From: Parvibaculaceae bacterium
GTDB taxonomy: Bacteria; Pseudomonadota; Alphaproteobacteria; RS24; CBDDDD01
NCBI GenBank assembly: GCA_965226465.1
Contig: OZ245362.1
Coordinates: 112,232-176,231 of the forward strand
Length of the DNA stretch: 64,000 nt
Reading direction: 5' to 3'
This document shows, piece after piece, positions 21,143 through 29,391 of the stretch. Made by a program: the position numbers and the translations under genes. The notes under the pieces were generated by a model. The model ran no database searches and had not been told where the DNA came from. It saw only the letters and a program-made list of their open reading frames with translations. Each line of letters starts with the position of its first letter. The stretch's first letter is position 1.

Positions 21143-21700
21143 AATGAGGGGAGTGAAATAGTCCCTGAAACCGAATGCTTACAATCAGTTGGAGCCTCTT
21201 TTGAGGTGACAGCGTACCTTTTGTATAATGGGTCAGCGACTTAGTCCGGCGTGCGAGCTTAAACCGTTAGGTGTAGGCGTAGCGAAAGCGAGTCTGAACA
21301 GGGCAACCTAGTTCGTCGGATTAGACCCGAAGCCGAGTGATCTAGCCATGGCCAGGTTGAAGGTGCAGTAACATGCACTGGAGGACCGAACCCACCTATG
21401 TTGAAAAATGGGGGGATGAGCTGTGGCTAGGGGTGAAAGGCCAATCAAACTCGGATATAGCTGGTTCTCCGCGAAAACTATTTAGGTAGTGCGTCGCGTG
21501 AATACTCTCGGGGGTAGAGCACTGGATGGGCTAGGGGGCTTCACCGCTTACCAAACCTAACCAAACTCCGAATACCGAGAAGTAATGCGTGGCAGACACA
21601 CTATGGGTGCTAAGGTCCATAGTGGAAAGGGAAACAGCCCGGACCGTCGTCTAAGGTCCCTAAGTTATGGCTAAGTGGGAAAGGATGTAGGGGTTCCAAA

Positions 21701-21749
<49 letters not shown>

Positions 21750-21825
21750 CAGCTCACTGGTCTAATTAAGAACCCCCGCGCCGAAGATATATCGGGGCTA
21801 AAGCCATACACCGAAGACACGGGTG

Positions 21826-22519
21826 CTTGAGATCGTTTACTATAGTTAGTAAAGTAAAAAATAAAATGTGGGAAAACCTTATTCCTTCCCTTGCATTATT
21901 TCTGCCTTTTCCATAAGGTCAAAGCAGAATAAGCAAGAGAAGGGGAGCAATACGCTCATGGGTTCAGAAAAAGAAAAAAATACTGAGAGCGCAATCAAAA
22001 AGAGATTGCAGTCTATTGCCAAAACACTTCAGGAAAATAATTTTGAAGTGAAATTTGGGCAAGGAAGTGAAGGCAATCGCCTTTATCTCAAAAGTGTATT
22101 TCGTAAAAATATCTCTTCTGACTCCTTTAGCTGGCGTTTTGATAATTTTGATGTCTGGATAACAGAAACAGATGATGGGAAGGATATGCTCATTTGCAGA
22201 TTTAAGCATGATGTGGATAGTCCAGCCTGTTTTAAAGAATATGAAACGCTTAAAGAAAAAATAAGCGAGCGGATAATGAGGGATATAAAAGCAGAAACAG
22301 GAATTAAAGTTTGCTTTGAGAAGAGAACAGGATATCAAGCAGTGTCTTTTGATGATATTGCGAAGATGGTTTTTCTGCTGATAGTTGGAGGAATGCTAAT
22401 CATATCTTTTGATGGATTTTACAGTAATCTTTTAGGAGGTTTTCTTGTTTTCATAAGCTTCATGTTTTTTCTTACCTACGCCATAAGTTATATCAAAAAC
22501 TATAGTAATCGGTCTCAAG
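21826..22519 (+). other. 23S rRNA intervening sequence (IVS), helix 45 site
   Basis: Conserved 23S sequence stops at ...ccgaagacacgggtg and resumes at cgcggtagcggagcgttccgtaagcc. The 694-nt AT-rich insert is bounded by the 22-nt inverted repeat 21826-21847 / 22498-22519 (one G.U pair and one mismatch). Confidence 0.8.
21891..21919 (+). promoter_or_regulatory. candidate internal sigma70 promoter inside the IVS
   Basis: TTGCAT, 17-nt spacer, TAAGGT. About 40 nt upstream of the IVS ORF start. Confidence 0.25.
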
Positions 22520-22527
22520 CGCGGTAG
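21958..22527 (+). CDS. hypothetical membrane-anchored protein encoded within the 23S IVS (189 aa)
   Basis: ATG 21958 is preceded by aggggag (21941-21947). The product has a soluble N-terminal region of about 140 aa, then two hydrophobic helices (MVFLLIVGGMLIISF, LLGGFLVFISFMFFLTYAISYI). The alternative GTG at 21868 seems less likely. Translation is unproven. Confidence 0.4.
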   Translation: MGSEKEKNTESAIKKRLQSIAKTLQENNFEVKFGQGSEGNRLYLKSVFRKNISSDSFSWRFDNFDVWITETDDGKDMLICRFKHDVDSPACFKEYETLKEKISERIMRDIKAETGIKVCFEKRTGYQAVSFDDIAKMVFLLIVGGMLIISFDGFYSNLLGGFLVFISFMFFLTYAISYIKNYSNRSQAR

Positions 22528-22686
22528 CGGAGCGTTCCGTAAGCCAGTGAAGGCGATTTGTAAGAATTGCTGGAGGTATCGGAAGTGAGAATGCTGACAT
22601 GAGTAACGATAAGGAGGGTGAAAAACCCTCCCGCCGAAAGTCCAAGGGTTCCTGCCCAATGTTAATCAGGGCAGGGTTAGTCGGCA

Positions 22687-22722
<36 letters not shown>

Positions 22723-23080
22723 GAGGTTAATATTCCTCAACCTGTGGGTAGTGACAGATCGCAGAAGTAGTTTTCCCTTATCGGATTGAGAAGGCTGCCA
22801 CGTGGTCTCAGGAAATAGCTCCCACATTTAAGACCGTACCCTAAACCGACACAGGTGGACAGGTAGAGAATACCAAGGCGCTTGAGAGAACGATGCTGAA
22901 GGAACTCGGCAAAATACCTCCGTAACTTCGGGAGAAGGAGGCCCTATAGGGAGGCAACTCTCTATGGGGGGCACAGACCAGGGGGTAGCGACTGTTTATT
23001 AAAAACACAGGGCTCTGCGAAGTCGCAAGACGACGTATAGGGTCTGACGCCTGCCCGGTGCCGGAAGGTTAAGACGCGGA

Positions 23081-23187
<107 letters not shown>

Positions 23188-23446
23188 CGACTTCCCCACT
23201 GTCTCCAGCATCGACTCAGTGAAATTGAATTCCCCGTGAAGATGCGGGGTTCCTGCGGTTAGACGGAAAGACCCCGTGCACCTTTACTACAGCTTTGCAG
23301 TGGCGTTAGTGACGACATGTGTAGGATAGGTGGTAGGCTTTGAAGCCAGGGCGCAAGCCCAGGTGGAGCCGCAATGTGAAATACCACCCTTATCTTTATT
23401 GACGTCTAACCGCGGCCCGTTATCCGGGTCCGGAACCCTGCATGGT

Positions 23447-23493
<47 letters not shown>

Positions 23494-23615
23494 GCAATGG
23501 TAGGCTCAGGCTGGTCGGAAATCAGCCGTCGAGTGCAATGGCATAAGCCTGCCTGACTGCGAGAGTGACAGCTCGAGCAGAGACGAAAGTCGGTCATAGT
23601 GATCCGGTGGTCCCA

Positions 23616-23670
<55 letters not shown>

Positions 23671-23945
23671 GACCCCCAAGAGTCCATATCGACGGGGTTG
23701 TTTGGCACCTCGATGTCGGCTCATCTCATCCTGGGGCTGAAGCAGGTCCCAAGGGTTTGGCTGTTCGCCAATTAAAGAGGTACGTGAGCTGGGTTTAGAA
23801 CGTCGTGAGACAGTTTGGTCCCTATCTGCCGTGGGTGTTGGAAAGTTGAGAGGAGTTGTCCCTAGTACGAGAGGACCGGGATGAACATATCTCTGGTGGA
23901 GCTGTTGTCGCGCCAGCGGCATTGCAGCATAGCTATATATGGAAA

Positions 23946-23979
<34 letters not shown>

Positions 23980-24095
23980 CCCTCGAAACAAACTATCCCT
24001 GAAGAGCCGTGGTAGACTACCACGTTGATAGGCCGGGTGTGGAAGCGCAGCAATGCGTGGAGCTTACCGGTACTAATTGCTCGTTCGGCTTGGTT

Positions 24096-24116
24096 TTCTC
24101 ATTTTCTCCGCCCATT
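24096..24116 (+). other. 23S trailer half of the precursor processing stem
   Basis: ttctcattttctccgcccatt pairs with the leader at 20650-20670. Confidence 0.6.
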
Positions 24117-24174
24117 GCGGGGTGCGCCCTTGTGGTGCGCTCCCAATGTGCGGGGCGCGATTTTGTCTTATATT

Positions 24175-24292
24175 GGTCTGGTGATTATAGCGAGGAGCTC
24201 ACACCCGATCCCTTTCCGAACTCGGAAGTTAATCTCCTCCGCGCCGATGGTACTGCATCTTAAGGTGTGGCAGAGTAGGTCGTTGCCAGGCC
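24175..24292 (+). rRNA. rrf: 5S ribosomal RNA
   Basis: ccgaactcggaagttaa...gcgccgatggtact...agagtaggtc strings, with terminal helix ggtctggtg / tgccaggcc. Confidence 0.9.
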
Positions 24293-24399
24293 TATATAAG
24301 ACAAAACTTGTGCGTATGCCTGCCGTGAGCAGGCGCGCGCTTGGCTCTATGATTGGACACACTCTTCTTCTCAATAACATACATGCCTACTCGGATTTG

Positions 24400-24478
<79 letters not shown>

Positions 24479-24556
24479 GTGGATAGTTGAAGTTTTATAG
24501 GGGGGGGTAGATATGGATGAGAAGCAGAACATAAAAGACTAAGGGGAGTATAGACT

Positions 24557-26692
24557 ATGGTAGGCATATATGAAAAATTTTGTAAGACCAAAGACTATAA
24601 TCAAGCCACAAAGGATTGTATTGAGAATACAGTTCGGGAAATTAAAAAAACTGATACGACTGCACAAAAGCCAGGAATGTTGCTCGGTAAAATCCAGAGT
24701 GGGAAAACTCGTACATTTATAGGCGTGACGGCTTTGGCTTTTGATAAGGGCTATGACTTTGCAGTTGTGCTCACCAAAGCTACGAATGCACTAACAAAAC
24801 AAACCTATGAGCGTTTGTGCCAAGAGTTTGAAGAATTCGTTGAGGATGATGAAATCGGAATCTATGATATCATGAATACGCCTGACGAATTAACGCCTTA
24901 TATACGAGGGAAAAAGTTAATCTTCATCGTTAAAAAAGAGACACATAATCTTGATCGACTTGTTAAGTTGTTCGAGAAATATGAAGACTTTAGAACAAAA
25001 CAAGTGCTGATTATTGATGATGAAGCTGACTATGCCAGCATTGGTTTCAAGAGAGATGGAAAACAGATTGACGATGTATCCATCAATACAATCGCTAATA
25101 AGATTAATAGACTGCGCGATTATGGCGCAACGACAAGCTTCTTGCAAGTTACCGCTACGCCTTACAGTCTGTATCTTCAGCCAGACGATATACATTTGAA
25201 CGGCGAAGAATACCACCCTGTCCGCCCGGCGTTCACAGAGCTGGTGCCTATTTATAAAGGATATATCGGCGGTGAGTTTTACTTTGAGGAAAGCGAAAAC
25301 CCTGATTCACCCGCTTATTACCTGCATGTGGACGTGCCAGAGAAAGAATTAGAAGTTCTAGGAAAGCGCGACATGCGGTATCTCAGCAACATACTTGATA
25401 CACCAAATCTAGAAGTGTTTCGCTTCGCGATTTTAAATTTCCTTGTAGGTGGAAGCATTCGGTGGCTACAAGAACAACCCAGAAAGTATAAATGTAGTTG
25501 CATTATTCATATTGAAGTAGCCCAGAAAAAACACACTTGGCAATATAAGCTTGTTGAAACTCTACTTGAAGAGTTGAAGGCTGGCATTGAGAAAGAGCCT
25601 GATGCTCTGGAGAGATTGGTTCGTGATAGCTATAATAATCTTAAGCTATCCATTAAAGATGACCAACTTCCTACGTTTAAGGATGTTTTTACTTTTGTAA
25701 AGAAAGCCATTGGGGATGGCTATGTAGGCATTAGTAAAATTAATTCTGAAGGACAGGTGCAAACGCTACTTGACCGTAAAGGGCAGTTGCGGCTGGATAA
25801 TCCATTTAATATCTTCATAGGGGGGCAGATTCTGGATAGGGGCATTACAATTGAGAATCTCATTTGTTTTTTTTATGGAAGAAACCCTAAAAAGTTTCAG
25901 CAGGACACCGTTCTTCAACATTCTAGAATGTATGGTGCACGCTCAAAGCAGGATATTTCCGTAACACGTTTCTACACCTCTTCCCGAATTTATGATGCCA
26001 TGAAAAAAATGCATCAATTTGATACCGCACTACGCGAAGCCTTTGAGAAGGGGCAGCATAAAGATGGTGTGGTTTTTCTGGAGAAAGATACTTCTGGTAG
26101 CGTCAAAATATGCGCCCCTAACAAAATCCTAATCTCCTCAACCGAAACAATTCGACCATATCGTCGCCTGCTTCCTCGTGGTATGCAGACAGTTTCAGCT
26201 ACGAAGATGACATCTATCGCTTCGCAAATTGAACAGCTTCTAGAAAAGTATAAATTTTATGACGACAGTGCAATTTTGATTGATTGTGATGATGCAGTAA
26301 AGATGCTGGACTTAATCTATGAAAGTTATGAGTTCTCACATCGATTTAAAAATTTGTACTGCAAATGGGATATAGATTCGTATAAAGCCATTATTCACAG
26401 GCTTTGTGTTAGTCATTGTAACTCAGATAAAGAAAGAAAAATATATTGCTTCATTCGGCGCAACAGGAATATCAGTCGGTTCAAGGAAGGCTATGCATTC
26501 ACTGATGCGCCAGATGATGGTCGAACAGATATTCCGTTGGCGAAGAAACATGCTCAAGACCTGCCTGTTCTTCAGTTATTTCATCAGAATGGGAAAAAAA
26601 AGAATGGTTGGCGGGATGTGCCATTTTGGTGGCCTGTTCTGATTTGTCCTAAAAAAACCAAAACATTAGTTTTTACAGCAGAGACTCTATGA
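24557..26692 (+). CDS. SF2-type ATPase with Z1-like C-terminal domain (restriction/defence-associated family)
   Basis: Walker A GKIQSGKT, Walker B LIIDDEADYAS, VTATP, DRGITIENL and QHSRMYGAR motifs, and a C-terminal GWRDVPFWWPVL string as in Z1-domain proteins. AT-rich. RBS ggggag lies 8 nt upstream. Confidence 0.55.
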   Translation: MVGIYEKFCKTKDYNQATKDCIENTVREIKKTDTTAQKPGMLLGKIQSGKTRTFIGVTALAFDKGYDFAVVLTKATNALTKQTYERLCQEFEEFVEDDEIGIYDIMNTPDELTPYIRGKKLIFIVKKETHNLDRLVKLFEKYEDFRTKQVLIIDDEADYASIGFKRDGKQIDDVSINTIANKINRLRDYGATTSFLQVTATPYSLYLQPDDIHLNGEEYHPVRPAFTELVPIYKGYIGGEFYFEESENPDSPAYYLHVDVPEKELEVLGKRDMRYLSNILDTPNLEVFRFAILNFLVGGSIRWLQEQPRKYKCSCIIHIEVAQKKHTWQYKLVETLLEELKAGIEKEPDALERLVRDSYNNLKLSIKDDQLPTFKDVFTFVKKAIGDGYVGISKINSEGQVQTLLDRKGQLRLDNPFNIFIGGQILDRGITIENLICFFYGRNPKKFQQDTVLQHSRMYGARSKQDISVTRFYTSSRIYDAMKKMHQFDTALREAFEKGQHKDGVVFLEKDTSGSVKICAPNKILISSTETIRPYRRLLPRGMQTVSATKMTSIASQIEQLLEKYKFYDDSAILIDCDDAVKMLDLIYESYEFSHRFKNLYCKWDIDSYKAIIHRLCVSHCNSDKERKIYCFIRRNRNISRFKEGYAFTDAPDDGRTDIPLAKKHAQDLPVLQLFHQNGKKKNGWRDVPFWWPVLICPKKTKTLVFTAETL

Positions 26693-26826
26693 GCATAATC
26701 AATAAGCTGATTATCAATGTGATAAGTGGTGATGCTTGAAATGCGCAATACTACATAATCAAATGGCTTTATGAGGTCATGGTCTATAAGCGGGTGGGGA
26801 CTTTCTCCGAGTTTGCATTTTTTCTT

Positions 26827-27079
26827 CCCCGCCCACACCCCCCTAGCCCCCCTCCGCCCTTTTTTAATAGGCATTGCATGCCTATTAAAAAATAGGGGGG
26901 GATTAGGAGTGCGCCCTGAGGGGCGCGCATTTTTTTATGGAGTGGAGGAAATGTTTCTAGCCCCCTAGCCAAGCTGGGTAGGGGGGGGGCTGGTGGTGCG
27001 CCCTGAGGGGGGCGCATTTTTATTTATGGAGTGGGGGGGATGCTTTTAGCCCTCTCGCCAAGTTGGAGAGGGGGGCATT
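26827..27079. repeat. mosaic multi-hairpin repeat, copy C (rearranged, terminal module duplicated)
   Basis: It shares the C-rich tract, the 33-nt palindrome (with a different centre, tgc) and the gcgccct.agggg.gcgc hairpin (present twice) with copies A and B. It lacks the two middle hairpins and has extra hairpins cccccta..taggggg and ccctctc..gagaggg. Confidence 0.8.
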
Positions 27080-28111
27080 TTATTTATTGAGGGCGATGTG
27101 GGCGATTTTTTTCATTAGGGTGGGGAGGGGGTGGTGGGGGAGGTGGGGTTTGGGTATCCATTTTTGGTGGGGGTGGGTTTTTAGGGTTTTTGTTTGGGCG
27201 GTTTTAATTTCTATTGTTAGGTGGAAATGGGTGAAGCTGTGGGTGATGGTTCCTTTTTTTTGCCATTTTAGGTTCCAGGGGGGGGTGGAGGTTTGTTTTG
27301 TTTCTTGCCATTGGTTTGTGGGGAAGCCGGTCATGCCGCCTAATAGTCCTTTTTCTTTTCGTTTTTCCAGGAGTAGTTCGCCTTTGTGGTTTTCTATGAC
27401 ATAGGCGGTGGCGTATCTTGTGGGCTTTTTTTTGGGGGGGGGTCTTTTGGGTAGTTGATTGGCGAGGTTTTGTTTTTGGGCTTGGCAGTATTTTTCTATT
27501 GGGCAGAGGGGGCATTTGGGGGTTTTGGGGGTGCATATCATGGTTCCCATATCCATTAGGGCTTGTGCCCATTCGCCTGATTTTTTTTGGGGGGATAGGG
27601 CTTGGGCTTTTTGCCATAGTTCTTTTTTTGCTTTGGGGAGGGGGGTGGTGATGGCGTAAATTCTTGCCATTATGCGTTCTATATTGCCGTCTATGGGGGT
27701 GGTGGGTTTGCCATAGGCGATGGCGGCGATGGCGGCGGCGGTGTATTTGCCGATGCCGGGGAGGGCTTCTAGCTCTTTTATAGTTTCGGGGATTTTGCCG
27801 CCGTGATGGGTTGTGATTTCTTTGGCGCATTTTATGAGATTGCGGGCACGGCTGTAATAGCCAAGCCCCGCCCATGCGGTTAGGACTTCTTGTTCGTCGG
27901 CTTTTGCTAGTTCCTCTAGGGTTTTCCAGCTTGTGGTGAAGTGGTTGAAATAGTCCAAAACGGTGACCACTCTTGTCTGCTGTAGCATTATCTCGGAAAG
28001 CCATATATGATAGGGGTTGGGTGCTTTCTCATTGCGCCATGGTAGCGAGCGTTTGTGAAGCCGATACCAGTCCAATATGCTTTTGTGAAAAACCCGCTTA
28101 TCAACCATCAA
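27080..28111 (-). CDS. mutY: A/G-specific adenine DNA glycosylase
   Basis: LDWYRLHKRSLPWR...PYHIWLSEIMLQQTRV, an HhH-GPD region, a 4Cys cluster (CTPKTPKCPLCPIEKYC) and a NUDIX-like C-terminus. Confidence 0.9.
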   Translation of the reverse strand: MMVDKRVFHKSILDWYRLHKRSLPWRNEKAPNPYHIWLSEIMLQQTRVVTVLDYFNHFTTSWKTLEELAKADEQEVLTAWAGLGYYSRARNLIKCAKEITTHHGGKIPETIKELEALPGIGKYTAAAIAAIAYGKPTTPIDGNIERIMARIYAITTPLPKAKKELWQKAQALSPQKKSGEWAQALMDMGTMICTPKTPKCPLCPIEKYCQAQKQNLANQLPKRPPPKKKPTRYATAYVIENHKGELLLEKRKEKGLLGGMTGFPTNQWQETKQTSTPPWNLKWQKKGTITHSFTHFHLTIEIKTAQTKTLKTHPHQKWIPKPHLPHHPLPTLMKKIAHIALNK

Positions 28112-28125
28112 GTAAAACCAATATC

Positions 28126-28608
28126 ATGCCAAATTATAGAAAAAAAATCGGTGCCAAACCTATCGGAAGCCTTTTTCATTCCATTCTCGCTCCTATTCAT
28201 AAAAGAAGGGGGTTTTCCGAAACCCATATCCTCCAGCATTGGAACGAAATTATGGGCGATAGTCTTGCCCGCTTTTCCCGCCCCGTCAAGCTGTCCAAAG
28301 CGCATGCCCAAGGGCGCAGTCTGACGGTGATGGTGGAGGCGGGGTTTGCGACCAGCTTGCAACACCAAACTACGCAAATTCTTGAGCGGATTAATTTTTA
28401 TTATGGGTATAATGCGATTACCAAGATCCATATTATTCAGGGTCCGGTGGGGGCGGAAGGGGGCGCAAAAAAATCAAAGCGCTTGGCGGAGCCTGAAAGT
28501 GGGGGGCAAGAGGATAAAAATCTGCAACAATTCCAGTCGGCTGGCTTGAAGGAGGCGTTTTCGCGCTTGCGGCATTATGTGGAAAAGAAAAATAATCCAC
28601 GAAAATAA
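28126..28608 (+). CDS. DUF721-family protein
   Basis: About 160 aa, in the conserved position next to mutY as in alphaproteobacteria. Start at ATG 28126; the track start at 27973 overlaps mutY. Confidence 0.5.
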   Translation: MPNYRKKIGAKPIGSLFHSILAPIHKRRGFSETHILQHWNEIMGDSLARFSRPVKLSKAHAQGRSLTVMVEAGFATSLQHQTTQILERINFYYGYNAITKIHIIQGPVGAEGGAKKSKRLAEPESGGQEDKNLQQFQSAGLKEAFSRLRHYVEKKNNPRK

Positions 28609-28701
28609 TCACCGGCGGCTTAAAAAATCTGGTGGTATTGGCGAAAAGGGTTATAATGGGGGCGATTCGCAGAAAAGGAAGTTCTGAGGAGAGAAAGTGA
28701 T

Positions 28702-29388
28702 ATGGCGAACCATAACCCGATGAAAAAGCTAAACCGAAAACAGCGAAACCTCCTCATTGCCGGTGCGGTTATTGTTTTTGCAGTTTTTGCCTTTTTTATC
28801 TCGCCGGCACGACAGGTGCTGGTGGAAGAGGGTGGGCTACCTTCCAAAAAGGAGATGTTGGAAAGCCCGACCATATTGGGTGAGGTTAGGATGGGGAGCG
28901 AGCGTGCGCCGGTTACGATTATTGAATATTCTTCTTTTACTTGTCCGCATTGCGCTAATTTTCATAATAAGACGCTGCCGAAATTGCAGGAATATATTGA
29001 TAGGGGTGAGGTGCAGATTTGGTTTCGTCCTTTTCCGTTAAATACGTTGAGCCTTGCGGCTTCTATGCTGGTGCAGTGCTCTTCGGCTGAGAATAGGCTG
29101 GCGGTGACGGATATGCTTTTTAAGCGGCAGCGGCAATGGGCGAGAGCCGAGAAGCCGGGTATTATTCTTGAGCAGCTTGCGCGCCAAGTTGGGTTTTCGG
29201 CGGAGGAGTTTCGTTCTTGTCTTTCGGATGCGGCGCTTTTGCAATCCATTGAAAAGGTGAAAAAGGAGGCGGCTGATATTCTTAAAGTTAATGCGACGCC
29301 AAGCTTCTTTATTAATGGGCAGAAGGTTGGCAGTAATATTACTTTTGAGGAAATGGAAAAGATTATCCTCAAAAAGCTGGGGAGGTAG
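28702..29388 (+). CDS. DsbA-family thiol:disulfide oxidoreductase
   Basis: N-terminal TM anchor, and CPHC active site within a thioredoxin-fold context. Confidence 0.75.
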   Translation: MANHNPMKKLNRKQRNLLIAGAVIVFAVFAFFISPARQVLVEEGGLPSKKEMLESPTILGEVRMGSERAPVTIIEYSSFTCPHCANFHNKTLPKLQEYIDRGEVQIWFRPFPLNTLSLAASMLVQCSSAENRLAVTDMLFKRQRQWARAEKPGIILEQLARQVGFSAEEFRSCLSDAALLQSIEKVKKEAADILKVNATPSFFINGQKVGSNITFEEMEKIILKKLGR

Positions 29389-29391
29389 TTT

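Noticed and set aside
21826-22519. The 23S insert as a group I or group II intron, a homing-endonuclease cassette, or an IS/MITE.
   Set aside because: I see no group I P-Q-R-S-like core, no group II domain V, and no LAGLIDADG, GIY-YIG or HNH motifs. There is no transposase and no target-site duplication. The location (helix-45 loop) and the simple terminal stem fit an IVS. I cannot fully exclude a MITE-like origin of the IVS.
21958-22527. The IVS ORF as a member of the known 23S-IVS-encoded four-helix-bundle protein family.
   Set aside because: The size (189 aa), the two TM helices and the absence of the family's characteristic helical NIAEG-like core argue against it. This rests on inspection only and needs an HMM check.
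26584-27017. ORFs 26584-26874 (-), 26771-26968 (+) and 26784-27017 (-).
   Set aside because: They are generated by repeat copy C and the 3' end of the Z1 gene. They have no RBS and low-complexity products.
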